Source: Kiritimatiellia bacterium
GTDB lineage: Bacteria; Verrucomicrobiota; Kiritimatiellia; RFP12; UBA1067
Direction: 5' to 3'
Length of the DNA stretch: 64,000 nucleotides
Assembly: GCA_050949565.1 (NCBI GenBank)
Contig: JBMNFY010000017.1
Span: 96,001-160,000 of the forward strand
The notes under the pieces were generated by a model, which saw only the letters and a program-made list of their open reading frames with translations, ran no database searches and had not been told where the DNA came from. This document shows positions 17,929 through 27,865 of the stretch, piece by piece (positions within the stretch are counted from its first letter, which is position 1; every line of letters begins with the position of its first letter). The position numbers were made by a program, and so were the translations under genes.

Positions 17929-19422
17929 TTACGAACGGTAGTTGGGCGCTTCCCTAATGATCTTGACGTCGTGCGGATGGGCCTCGCGCACGCCCGCACC
18001 GGTGATACGGCAGAAGAGACCGTCGCGCTTCAGATCTTCAATCGTGCGGGCACCGCAGTAACCGAGCGACGACCGCAGACCACCGCAGAACTGGGTCATG
18101 ATCTTCTTGACCGTGCCGGCCAACGGCACGATGCCCTCAATGCCCTGTGGCACGAGATCGTCCTCTTTGACGTTGTCCTGATCGTAGCGCTGGCGGCTGC
18201 CTTTGCCCTCTTTCATGGCGGCGAGGCTGCCCATGCCGCGATAGACCACGTAGTGACGCCCTTCGTGGATGATCTTCTCGCCTGGGCTCTCTTCAGTACC
18301 AGCCAGCAGCGAACCGAGCATCACAGTGTCCGCGCCAGCGACCAGCGCCTTGGGCACATCGCCAGAATGACGGATGCCGCCGTCGGCAATGATCGGAATG
18401 GAGCCGCCGAGCGCCCGCGCCGCATTGTAGACAGCGGTGAGCTGTGGGATGCCGACACCGCACACGACGCGTGTGGTGCAGATCGAGCCGGGGCCGATAC
18501 CGACTTTGACAGCGTGAGCACCGGCCTTTTGCAAAGCCTCGGCACCTTCGGCGGTAGCGATGTTGCCGCCGATCACATCAATGTCGGGATAGTGTTTGAC
18601 GATCCAGCTCACCATGTCGAGGATGCCCTTGCTGTGACCGTGGGCACTGTCAACCACCACCACATCGACCTCCTCGTCCGCCAGCATCTCCATGCGTTCA
18701 TGGTCGTTGGCACTGACGGCGGCAGCCACGCGCAGGCGGTAGCGCGAATCGCGGGTATAAAGCGGTTGAGCGTTCTCAACCAACTCCAATACGTCGGTGA
18801 AGGAATAGAGGCCGACCAACCGCCCGTTTTTGTCCACAAGGGGCAGCTTGCCGATCTTGTTCTCCATCATGATGGTGTAAGCCTGTTCCAGCGTGGTGTC
18901 GGGCGCGGCTGTGATCACGTCCGTGGTCATGACCTCGGAAACGCTTGTCGCACTCTTTTTAGCGAAGCGGAGATCGCTGGAAGTCACGATGCCCGCGAGA
19001 CGATCCTGATCGTCGAGGATCGGAAAACCGCTAAACGAAAGATGGTGCTCTTGGCGATATTGCTGGACGTAGGCCAGAGAGTCGGTGTTGTAGAAAGCGA
19101 CCGGCCGCATGATCAGACCGTTGAGGTGGTGCTTGACACGGCGCACATGCTGGGCCTGAAGTTCGGGCGGCAGGTTCTTGTGGATCACGCCGATACCGCC
19201 CAGCATGGCCATGGCGATCGCCATACGGGCCTCAGTCACGGTGTCCATCGCGGCACTGACAAACGGGATGTTGAGAGTGATGCGGCTGGTCAGCCGCGAG
19301 GAGATCGTGGTCTGGTCAGGGAGAAAGTCGGCATACCGAGTGACCAGTGTGACATCATCAAAGGTCAACCCTTCGAACGGGAACTGTTCCATGAAAGCGG
19401 CAATATTGGCATTTACGTGCAT
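17929..19422 (-). CDS. guaB: IMP dehydrogenase
   Basis: LTFDDV, SAAMDTVT, CBS pair, KVGIGPGSICTTR, YRGMGS. Confidence 0.97.
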   Translation of the reverse strand: MHVNANIAAFMEQFPFEGLTFDDVTLVTRYADFLPDQTTISSRLTSRITLNIPFVSAAMDTVTEARMAIAMAMLGGIGVIHKNLPPELQAQHVRRVKHHLNGLIMRPVAFYNTDSLAYVQQYRQEHHLSFSGFPILDDQDRLAGIVTSSDLRFAKKSATSVSEVMTTDVITAAPDTTLEQAYTIMMENKIGKLPLVDKNGRLVGLYSFTDVLELVENAQPLYTRDSRYRLRVAAAVSANDHERMEMLADEEVDVVVVDSAHGHSKGILDMVSWIVKHYPDIDVIGGNIATAEGAEALQKAGAHAVKVGIGPGSICTTRVVCGVGIPQLTAVYNAARALGGSIPIIADGGIRHSGDVPKALVAGADTVMLGSLLAGTEESPGEKIIHEGRHYVVYRGMGSLAAMKEGKGSRQRYDQDNVKEDDLVPQGIEGIVPLAGTVKKIMTQFCGGLRSSLGYCGARTIEDLKRDGLFCRITGAGVREAHPHDVKIIREAPNYRS

Positions 19423-19502
19423 TGATAACCTCCTGATTCCTTCGCTTTCCCGCTATTGTATACCCGATTCTGACGTCTTTTGCAATCCTGTTCGCTTGTG
19501 AA

Positions 19503-19531
19503 TTGACGCCTTTGCTACTTTTCACCATAAT
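19503..19531 (+). promoter_or_regulatory. Putative sigma70 promoter
   Basis: TTGACG-17 bp-CATAAT upstream of 19549, divergent from guaB. Confidence 0.5.
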
Positions 19532-19548
19532 CGGGGCGTATTCAGATC

Positions 19549-20622
19549 ATGAAACGATCAATTTCCATCCTGTGGCTGGCCCTGCTGGTCGGACTCGTCG
19601 TGCTCGCGGCCTGGCAGAGCCGCCGTTTGGCAGAGGTGCGGCGCGAGCGGTTGCCGGAGTCCTATACGGGGGCGACCTCAGATGTGCCGCCTGCGATCAC
19701 CTTCGTGATGGTCGGTCTGGGCGGCTTTCGCGGCGTGGTCTCTGAAGTGCTCTGGTTTCGCGCCAACCGGCTGCAAGAGGCGGGGCGCTATTTCGAACTC
19801 GTGCAACTTGCCGACTGGCTGACGATGCTCGACCCGCACGCCTCAGAAGCCTGGGTCTACAACGCATGGAATCTCGCCTACAACGTCAGCGTGATGATGG
19901 GACGGCCTGAAGACCGCCTGCGTTGGGTTTTGAACGGGATCGCGCTGCTGCGGGATGAAGGCTTGCGTTTCAATCCGCGCGATGCACGCCTCTATCGCGA
20001 ACTGGCCTGGTTTTATCAGAACAAAGTGGGAGATGTGCTAGACAGCGCGCACCTCACGTACAAGACGGCTCTCGCGCGTCAACTCGCGCCCTGCGTCAAC
20101 ACCAACGGCACGGTTCACGTCACCCCCGAAAACCGTGAGCGATTATCCGCGCTGCGTCTGGATGCCGACCGGATGGTCGCTTTGGAACAGCGCTTCGGGC
20201 CACTGGACTGGCGGCTGGCAAACTCTCATGCGATCTATTGGGCCGCGCAAGGGCTTGAGTTCGCCACCGGCCACGAACGCCTGATGTCCCGGCGCGCCGT
20301 TTACCAGCCCCTGATCCTCAGCGTCGCCAACGGCCGCCTGGCCGACGACATCGAAGCCCAGCAGTGGAAAACAGCCCCCAATCTGGATCTCGCCCTGCCG
20401 ACCGCCGAATTTCTCATGGACACCTACCGCAACCACCCTTCGGCAACCATGAAGATGGTGACCCGGCGTTTTCTCTCGCATGCCATCTATGACCTACACC
20501 GAAACAGACGCGAGGACGAAGCGCGACAGCTTTTCGCGCACTTGGTCGCCTTGCCATCCGAGTCCAAGCGTCAGCCTTCTTTCGAGGACGTGATTAAAAA
20601 AGTCGAGCAACGCTATGAATAA
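19549..20622 (+). CDS. Membrane-anchored hypothetical protein (helical-repeat-like)
   Basis: N-terminal TM; LGGFRG, WVYNAWNLAYNVS and LYRELAWFYQNK segments. Confidence 0.7.
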   Translation: MKRSISILWLALLVGLVVLAAWQSRRLAEVRRERLPESYTGATSDVPPAITFVMVGLGGFRGVVSEVLWFRANRLQEAGRYFELVQLADWLTMLDPHASEAWVYNAWNLAYNVSVMMGRPEDRLRWVLNGIALLRDEGLRFNPRDARLYRELAWFYQNKVGDVLDSAHLTYKTALARQLAPCVNTNGTVHVTPENRERLSALRLDADRMVALEQRFGPLDWRLANSHAIYWAAQGLEFATGHERLMSRRAVYQPLILSVANGRLADDIEAQQWKTAPNLDLALPTAEFLMDTYRNHPSATMKMVTRRFLSHAIYDLHRNRREDEARQLFAHLVALPSESKRQPSFEDVIKKVEQRYE

Positions 20623-21706
20623 TCATCCCCGTATCATGTTCAGACTGGCGGCACTGGCGACGTTCTTGCCGCTCCTTCTTGTTGCAAAGGTGCCAGAAGA
20701 AGCGCGTTTGCGGGCCGCCAGTGAAGCCCTGCTGCAAACACCGTTGAGCGTACCGAATCTTCACATTCTCTCTGAGTATGTGCGCAACAGCGACAACCCG
20801 CCCGCTTTGCGCAGTCGCGCTATGGCGGCTTACGCCATGGCCTTGCTCTTGCAGGGCAACACGAACAACTTTGTCCGGGCGCAACAAGCGCATCGGGCGG
20901 CCTACCCCGATGATGCCCAACTCATTCCCCTTACCGCCGAGCACTACTCCGTCCCGTGCGATGCCTGCAACGGAACGGGACGGCGCGAAAAGGCGGTCTG
21001 TCCTCAGTGCTTCGGACGCGGCTCCCAATTTCAACTGAGCCCACTTGTCGCCCAAACGTACCAAAAACGTCTGGGCGAGATCGTCGCGCAATGCCGGGAA
21101 AACGCCGAATACGCCGAAAAGTTTCGGGAGGCCACAAAGACATCGCACGATGACAAGCAAATCGAGTTGTTGCAAGCCCTCACCAACAGCTACCCCCACC
21201 GGACGGATCTCGCGCCCGCAATCGCCCTGCTCGACGATGCACTCGCAAAACGCGAGGTCCGTCTCCGCGCCGCGCAGGAGCAAGAGGAGCGTCGGCGCAT
21301 CGAACGCGAAGCAGCCGCATTGAAAGTACTTGCCCAAGGCCCAGACAGACCCCGCGCCATCCGGGAGTTGCGCACATACCTTGCCGCACACCCGAACGTT
21401 GCTCCTGCCTTGGAACTGCAAGCGGTGCTGGATGAACTGGTTGCCAAAGAAGAACAGCAGCAACGACTGAAAAAAATCGGGATCGGACTGGCAGTGTTGA
21501 CCGGATGTCTGTTCTTGATCTCCGTGATCCGCTTTTTCTCATTCTCTCGCCGCACCTCCTCCTCCTCGGGACCCTTGCCGGGCATGGACAAAATTGACAA
21601 GGCCGACTTCACGGATCCCCTCAGCCTGACGGCGCAAGACAGCCTGACCCGCGCAAAATACAAGACTGCCCGCATCCCTCGCGAGGAAGCCGGGGTTGAG
21701 GACTAA
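20615..21706 (+). CDS. Hypothetical protein with signal peptide, DnaJ-type CxxCxGxG zinc-finger pair, coiled coil and C-proximal TM helix
   Basis: CDACNGTG...CPQCFGRG; overlaps the upstream stop. Confidence 0.7.
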   Translation: MNNHPRIMFRLAALATFLPLLLVAKVPEEARLRAASEALLQTPLSVPNLHILSEYVRNSDNPPALRSRAMAAYAMALLLQGNTNNFVRAQQAHRAAYPDDAQLIPLTAEHYSVPCDACNGTGRREKAVCPQCFGRGSQFQLSPLVAQTYQKRLGEIVAQCRENAEYAEKFREATKTSHDDKQIELLQALTNSYPHRTDLAPAIALLDDALAKREVRLRAAQEQEERRRIEREAAALKVLAQGPDRPRAIRELRTYLAAHPNVAPALELQAVLDELVAKEEQQQRLKKIGIGLAVLTGCLFLISVIRFFSFSRRTSSSSGPLPGMDKIDKADFTDPLSLTAQDSLTRAKYKTARIPREEAGVED

Positions 21707-21820
21707 ACGTGAAGCAAAGCCAACCGCTTATCGCCTTGTCGTGGCCTTTGTCCCCCTGTTACACTGGAAGGCGATTCATCCCGGCGGAGCCTTTGTGCCG
21801 GGCATGCTTTTGGAGGAGAG

Positions 21821-23089
21821 ATGAAAACAACGCATGACACGGTCGTGATTCTGGATTTTGGCGCCATTAACAGTCAGGCCGCCGCTAAAATTGTTCGTTC
21901 GCTCAAGGTGTATTGCGAGGTGTTGCCCTACACGGCACCGGCCGAGCGAATCGCCGCGCTGAAGCCCAAGGCGATCATCCTGCAACGCGGCGCGACCTGC
22001 GGCGAAGCCACGCTGGGACGCACCCCCACCGCCGACCCCGCCGCGTTCGGTGTGCCGGTGCTCGATCTCAATGACCTGCCGTGCGACACGGCAACCATCG
22101 AACCCTTCCTGCTCAAGCAGTGCGGCCTGCGGCAGGATTGGACGATCGAGGCTTTTATCGCGGATGCTATCGCCGATATCCGCGAGACGGTCGGCGACCG
22201 CAAGGTGCTGCTGGCGATGTCGGGCGGCGTCGATTCCTCGGTCTGCGCGGTGTTGGTCCACCGTGCAATCGGCGATCAACTCACCTGTGTCTTTGTCGAC
22301 CACGGCCTGATGCGTAAGGATGAACCCGAGGAGGTCGCCCGGGTTTTCCGCGATGGCTTCGGTATCGCGCTGCGCCACGTCAACGCCGAGCGCCGGTTCC
22401 TGAACAAGCTGGCCGGTATCACCGATCCGGAACGCAAACGCATGATCATCGGCGAGGAGTTCATCCGCGTGTTCGAGGAGGAGGCACGTGCCGCAGGTGC
22501 ACCCGATTTTCTGGTACAAGGCACGATCTATCCCGACATCATCGAGAGCGGCGGCGAAGGCGGCAAGTCGGTCAAAGCGCACCATAACGTCGGTGGGCTA
22601 CCCAAAAACATCGACTTCAAAGGACTGCTGGAGCCGATCAAATACCTGTTCAAAGACGAAGTCCGCCAAGTCGCGCTGGCGCTGGGCATCCCCGCTTCAA
22701 TCGCCATGCGCCAACCGTTCCCCGGCCCTGGTCTGGCTGTGCGCTGTATCGGCGAACTAACCAAGGAGAAGCTCGACATCCTGCGTGAGGTCGACGCGAT
22801 CTTCCGTCAGGCGATCGTCGACAACGGACTTGAGAAGCAAGCCAGCCAGTACTTCGCAGCGCTGACCGGCAACCGCTCGGTCGGCGTCACCGACGGTGCG
22901 CGCACCTACGCCTACACGGCGGCACTGCGCGCGGTGCAAACCACCGACTTCATGACCGCACGGTTCGTCAAGATTCCGATGGACATCCTTGAGAAAATCT
23001 CGGAGCAGATCACGACCAACGTGCCGCAGGTCAACCGCGTGGTGTACGACATCACCAGCAAGCCGCCTGCCACCATCGAGTGGGAGTGA
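21821..23089 (+). CDS. guaA: GMP synthase with internally deleted glutamine amidotransferase domain
   Basis: ILDFG start, SGGVDSSV, QGTIYPD, KAHHNVGG, QPFPGPGL, SKPPATIEWE; 422 aa with no GICYG or HPE motifs. Confidence 0.92.
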   Translation: MKTTHDTVVILDFGAINSQAAAKIVRSLKVYCEVLPYTAPAERIAALKPKAIILQRGATCGEATLGRTPTADPAAFGVPVLDLNDLPCDTATIEPFLLKQCGLRQDWTIEAFIADAIADIRETVGDRKVLLAMSGGVDSSVCAVLVHRAIGDQLTCVFVDHGLMRKDEPEEVARVFRDGFGIALRHVNAERRFLNKLAGITDPERKRMIIGEEFIRVFEEEARAAGAPDFLVQGTIYPDIIESGGEGGKSVKAHHNVGGLPKNIDFKGLLEPIKYLFKDEVRQVALALGIPASIAMRQPFPGPGLAVRCIGELTKEKLDILREVDAIFRQAIVDNGLEKQASQYFAALTGNRSVGVTDGARTYAYTAALRAVQTTDFMTARFVKIPMDILEKISEQITTNVPQVNRVVYDITSKPPATIEWE

Positions 23090-23690
23090 GCACGGGCGTC
23101 CTCGCCCGCAACAGCATGTCTTGCAAAAGGATAGTTTCAGGGTTCATTGCGGAGCACCGGGAGGGGCAAGTGTCACTTGCCCGCAGCGGCGCATGCGCCG
23201 CCCACGCCCGCAGTACCGGCAGTGCCCACAGTCCCCGCAGCAATCTGGAGTGCGCGGGGCGCGGCACCACACTCCAAAATCTGGACGCAAAACTTGGAGT
23301 GCGGCGGCAAGCGGTATCCCGCGCGACGCCGCTTTCTTCAGCGTCCGGCGTTCAGAAGCGGCGGCGGTCACGCCGCCCGGACGAGCAGACGCTCGTCCCT
23401 CCCGGCGCTCCGCGAGACGAATCGTGGGCTGGAGGGCGAGTGTCCCCACGAGCCGCCCTTCCGCTGTGCGGAAGGATATTTCGGGGTTCATTGCGGAGCA
23501 CCGGGAGGGGCAAGTGTCACTTGCCCGCGGCGGCGCTCCGCGCCGCCCCCACCCGCAGCACCCGCAGTCCCGGCAGCACCCCCCCAAAAAAATCTGCGTA
23601 ATCTGTGGGTGCTCAAAAACCCGAGCCATGCACCCCCCAAAAAAATCTCTGCGCCTCCGCGTCTCTGCGTTAAAAAAACGCTCACCTTCC
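23090..23690. repeat. Intergenic mosaic of REP-like palindromes and short repeats
   Basis: ggttcattgcggagcaccgggaggggcaagtgtcacttgcccgc at ~23141 and ~23485; ggagtgcggcggcaag..gccgcttt; ggagggcgagtgtccccacgagccg; ctctgcg 9-mer runs. Confidence 0.8.
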
Positions 23691-23697
23691 CGCGCGC

Positions 23698-25686
23698 TCA
23701 GACGAGCCGCTCTTGGGCTGCTTCCTGCTCGTGCTGGAGACGCTCCAAGTCTGAGGCGTCGCGTTCCCACTCTTCAGAAAACACCTCGATCTGATCCTGC
23801 ACCACCTTGAGGCGTTTGTTCGTCGCCGCGAAATCCGTGTCGGGTTCGGGGTTGAACAAGATACCGGAGAGCGTCTCAAGTTCGGCTTCCAACTCGGTGA
23901 TGCGCGCTTCGGTTTTGGCGACCTTCTCCTTCAACGCCCGGATCTTCGGTTGCAGCTTGGCGCGCGCTTGAGCACGCGCACGCCGCAAATCCTTGGCACT
24001 GACCGGCGCGTCTCCCTCTTCCGTTTGGGCAGCCTGTGTAGACGCACCGGACGGTGATTCGTCACGATTCTCGTCGGCAATTTTTTCGCGATAGTAGTCG
24101 TAGCCGCCGGGAAAACGCCGCACGCCTGCGGGCGAGATTTCGATGATCGACGTGACCGTGTTGCGCACGAACTCAATATCGTGACTCACCAGACAAACCG
24201 TGCCGTCATACTCCCGGAGCGCCTTTTCCAGCGTGGCACGTCCTTCGAGATCCAAGTGCGTGGTGGGTTCGTCCAGCAGCATGAAATTCGGCGGCGCGAG
24301 AAACAAACGCAGAAAGGCGAGACGAATCCTCTCGCCGCCGCTGAGCACACCGGTCGGCTTGCCGATGTCATCCGCAGAAAAACCGAACGCGCCAAGCTGC
24401 GAGCGCAACTCGCGTTCAGTCGCCGCAGGCTTGCTCCGTTTGGCGCACTCGAAAACCGTGATCTCCGGCGGTATCGTTTCGGAAAATTCCTGTGAAAGGT
24501 AGCCCGGCACCACCTTGTGCCCCAGCGTGCAGGTGCCGGATGTGGGCGTGCGCACACCGGCCATGATGCGCAGAAGCGTGGTCTTGCCCATGCCGTTGTA
24601 ACCCACGACCGCGATTTTGTCGCCGCGTGCAATCGAGAGGTTGACATCGTGTAGCACATTACGCTGACCGTCGTACGAGAAACAGACCTGCTCCAGGCAC
24701 ACGATTTGCGCCCCGGCATGCGGTGCCGGTGCCAGCCGCAGATGACCGGCGGCCATACTGCGCTTGGGCAGAATGATCGCCTCCTCGTCCAGGCGTTCGA
24801 TCATCTTCATGCGGCTCTGCGCCTGAGAAGCTTTTGTGCTGGTCGCCTTGAAACGTTCGACAAAACGCTCAAGCTGTTCGCGCCGACGGTCTTGATTTTC
24901 CTTGGCAGCCAGCAAGTTGGCATGGCGGATCTCACGCTCGCGCAGATAGAAATCGAGATCGCCGTTGTAGCGCGTGGCCGTGTTCGCATCCACCTCGATC
25001 GTCGTGGTGGTCAGCGTACGTAGCAGGTAACGGTCATGCGAGATCAGCACCAGCGTGCCGTCATACGCGCGCAGAAAGCGTTGCAGCCACTCGACGGCAG
25101 GCAGGTCGAGATAGTTGGAAGGCTCGTCCAACAACAGCAGATCGGGCTTCGAAGCCAACACGCGCGAGAGTTCCGCGCGCATCTGCCAACCGCCGCTAAA
25201 ACTGGCGAAGGGCTTGTCGAACTCCTCGGCCGCAAAACCAAGTCCGCCGAGCGAGACCTTGACGCGGGTCTCGATCTCATAACCGCCGAGATGCTCGAAT
25301 GCGGTCTGCACCTCACCCAGACGCGCCAGCAGCCGCGCGCGTTCCGGTTCATCCGTCGCTGTCGCCAGCGACGCCCCGAGCGCGTGCAACTCGTGTTCCA
25401 TCTCAGCAAGTCCGGGTGTCCCGCGCAACGCATATTCAACCAGCGTCTCAGTCTCGGACTCCGCCTCAAGATGCTGACGGATATGCCCGATGCGCGGCGA
25501 CTGCTCAATGATGACCTCGCCAGCATCAGGATCAGCCTCGCCCAGAATCAGGCGGAAGAGCGTTGACTTGCCGGAGCCGTTGGGTCCGATGATCCCGATG
25601 CGCTCACCGGCATTGATACGAAAGTTGACCTCACTCAGAACCTGTTGCGTGCCATACCGCACGCCGATATTACGAAACTCAATCAC
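23698..25686 (-). CDS. ABC-F family ATPase (YheS/Uup-like)
   Basis: Two ABC domains (GPNGSGKST, FSGGW, LLLDEPSN; GYNGMGKTT, LSGGE, LLDEPT), C-terminal coiled coil, no TM segments. Confidence 0.92.
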   Translation of the reverse strand: MIEFRNIGVRYGTQQVLSEVNFRINAGERIGIIGPNGSGKSTLFRLILGEADPDAGEVIIEQSPRIGHIRQHLEAESETETLVEYALRGTPGLAEMEHELHALGASLATATDEPERARLLARLGEVQTAFEHLGGYEIETRVKVSLGGLGFAAEEFDKPFASFSGGWQMRAELSRVLASKPDLLLLDEPSNYLDLPAVEWLQRFLRAYDGTLVLISHDRYLLRTLTTTTIEVDANTATRYNGDLDFYLREREIRHANLLAAKENQDRRREQLERFVERFKATSTKASQAQSRMKMIERLDEEAIILPKRSMAAGHLRLAPAPHAGAQIVCLEQVCFSYDGQRNVLHDVNLSIARGDKIAVVGYNGMGKTTLLRIMAGVRTPTSGTCTLGHKVVPGYLSQEFSETIPPEITVFECAKRSKPAATERELRSQLGAFGFSADDIGKPTGVLSGGERIRLAFLRLFLAPPNFMLLDEPTTHLDLEGRATLEKALREYDGTVCLVSHDIEFVRNTVTSIIEISPAGVRRFPGGYDYYREKIADENRDESPSGASTQAAQTEEGDAPVSAKDLRRARAQARAKLQPKIRALKEKVAKTEARITELEAELETLSGILFNPEPDTDFAATNKRLKVVQDQIEVFSEEWERDASDLERLQHEQEAAQERLV

Positions 25687-25738
25687 GGGGAGGTATCATG
25701 CTAAAAAGTGACGCTGCTGACAATCGTATTCATCCAAC

Positions 25739-27673
25739 TCACCGATCGAAAACGACAAAGCATGCATCATGCGCACCGAGAAAAATTTTGGCGGTGACGC
25801 GCCCATCGGGGTCACGGCGGACATCGGTCTCCAGCAACTCGATCTCGCCAGTCGTTGGATCCCAGCGTTCGGGAGCGCCCTTTCCCGTGTCTCGAAAGGT
25901 GCAGGTCACGCTTCCCGGCTCAGCGTTCTCGTTCAAGAGATAATAGACCTCGTGCGCCGCTGTCCGCCGGTGCATGAAGCGCACCTGCATGCCCGGTGCG
26001 TCAGACTGCCAGACACAATCGGGCTTGAGCCCCGGCAACTCGCGCATGTTCGCAGGCAACACCACGCAGTTGGCTGTGCCTGAAAACCGTGCGACTGTCG
26101 TCGACTCGGAGGCGTCATCTTCCGCCATGAGCCAGACCCGCACACCACGTGACGCCAGCGTCCGCACCACGCGTTCGTCATCCGCGTGTCGCAGCGAAGC
26201 GGCGGCGACTGCCAACTCCGTGTACTCGCGTCCGGAAGCAAAGCGGATGCGCCCCTCTCTGACCGACGCGTCTGCCAGCATCGTGCCGTTCACGGCATCG
26301 CACGAATACGCGGCCAGCGAGGGCAACGGCTTTTCTGACCACACCAACAGATCCCCTGCTGGCGCCCCCTGCTGCAACATGACCTGACACCGATGCGCAT
26401 AGAGACAGCCGTCGCGAAGCTGCTTGAACACTGCTTCATCACTGGACAGCGCCCCGCCGACATCCAAGAGTATGCGTGTCGTGCCGTCGGCCAGCAGACG
26501 ATCCACCGCATGTTTCCACGGAAACGGCAGTAACACAGCCGCCGGTGAAGGCTCCGTTTCAAAGGGTGCCAGCCACCCCATCACGAAACGGCGACCCAGC
26601 GTCCGCGCCCCGCCTGCGGCAAGCCGATTGGAATCGCGCACCTCCTCTTTGGCGGAGGCGATGAGGATCGGTCGCCGGAAATACCGGGCCACCTCGACGG
26701 ACTCCACGGGCACCTCGTCGATCCGGATGGCGGCCTCCAGTCCGGCTTCATGCACGAGTTCATTCACGGTCTTGCCACAACGGTCGCGCCACAACTCCCT
26801 GAGTGTCCGCGCCGCGTGCTGCCGCACGAAAGCAGCGGTCGATCCACCTCCCACGGGTACCCCCGCCAACACAGGCAGATGCCGGAAAAGGTTTAAGCCG
26901 CTCCGCTTCAAAAACGCTTCCGGCATGTCAGGCGGCCATGCGTATTCCGTTTGAGGATGTCCGGAGAAGTGTACCCAGAGCAACGTGTTGCCGTATGTCC
27001 GCTCAAACTGTTTCTGAGTGGCAAAGAGCCATTGATTCACATGGCGGAAGAACGTCGTCTCGGAAAACGGATCAATGCGTTGCGGTTCCAATTCCACGCT
27101 CCCGAAACGGAAAACGCGCCACGCGCCGTTTGTCGGCAACGCCGTATCGGACAGGTCGATAAGCTGATGCGGTTGAAGATCGGAAGCACCATCGGGCACC
27201 GCCAGATGCGCCACACTGCGGTATGAGGGCGGTGGCGTAAAAATCTGCGGTATCGTTTCAACTGTGTTCGACGAAGCAGCTTGTACGGTCTCCTGACTCC
27301 ACACCAGCTTTCTGGCGCGCGGGACTTTTTCTGCGTCCTCCTTCGCGACGCAAAAATCACAGAGGCCGACATCCAGCCCCAATTGACGGGCCCGCTCCAG
27401 TGCCCGTTCCAAACCTTGCCATGCCGCCTCATCGACGGTCATCGGCACGGAGAGCAGCACCCCGCCCGCGCCGATGTCACGCGCGCGCTCAAGCTGCCGC
27501 TCCAGCCACTCCGCTTCGGCGGCGTCGCGCCGCACAGTAAGTGCCACACACACGCGCGTCACATTCTGCGGCGGAGTGCGGAACTGATCGTCAAGCTCGG
27601 TCGCACGCGCGGTTAATACCAGCGCGCCGATCCAGCAGACGCAAGAAAATAGGCTGTACGATGATTTCACCAC
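25739..27673 (-). CDS. Secreted GH106 (alpha-L-rhamnosidase)-like protein, short and divergent
   Basis: Signal peptide, LDDQFRTPP start, FMHRRTAAHEVYYLLN and PERWDPTTGEI segments. Confidence 0.55.
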   Translation of the reverse strand: MVKSSYSLFSCVCWIGALVLTARATELDDQFRTPPQNVTRVCVALTVRRDAAEAEWLERQLERARDIGAGGVLLSVPMTVDEAAWQGLERALERARQLGLDVGLCDFCVAKEDAEKVPRARKLVWSQETVQAASSNTVETIPQIFTPPPSYRSVAHLAVPDGASDLQPHQLIDLSDTALPTNGAWRVFRFGSVELEPQRIDPFSETTFFRHVNQWLFATQKQFERTYGNTLLWVHFSGHPQTEYAWPPDMPEAFLKRSGLNLFRHLPVLAGVPVGGGSTAAFVRQHAARTLRELWRDRCGKTVNELVHEAGLEAAIRIDEVPVESVEVARYFRRPILIASAKEEVRDSNRLAAGGARTLGRRFVMGWLAPFETEPSPAAVLLPFPWKHAVDRLLADGTTRILLDVGGALSSDEAVFKQLRDGCLYAHRCQVMLQQGAPAGDLLVWSEKPLPSLAAYSCDAVNGTMLADASVREGRIRFASGREYTELAVAAASLRHADDERVVRTLASRGVRVWLMAEDDASESTTVARFSGTANCVVLPANMRELPGLKPDCVWQSDAPGMQVRFMHRRTAAHEVYYLLNENAEPGSVTCTFRDTGKGAPERWDPTTGEIELLETDVRRDPDGRVTAKIFLGAHDACFVVFDR

Positions 27674-27720
27674 GCCACCAGTTTAGCAGATTAGGGGGCA
27701 TTGAACACGGCAGAACAAGT

Positions 27721-27865
27721 AGGATTTAGGAATTAGGAATTAGGAATTTTAACGCAGAAGCGCAGAGACGCAGAGTTTTTTGAGGGGCGCCGCGAAGCGC
27801 GGTAGCGCGCTCCCAGACAAACCAATGCACTAATTAACTTGGGTTGCGGGCTTCGCCCGCGTTAG
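27721..27865. repeat. Repeat mosaic ending in the GCGGGCTTCGCCCGC hairpin
   Basis: ttaggaa x3, acgcagag repeats; ~110 bp homologous in inverted orientation to 60745-60870. Confidence 0.75.

Noticed and set aside
17899-19425. 508-aa plus-strand ORF, and similar long ORFs at 3124, 37899, 42939, 48020 and 49125
   Set aside because: Antisense shadows of well-supported genes in high-GC DNA.
22989-23810. ORFs spanning the intergenic mosaics (also 28486, 31284, 42577-43027, 51609-52379)
   Set aside because: They are composed of repeat units, with no RBS or protein-like motifs.
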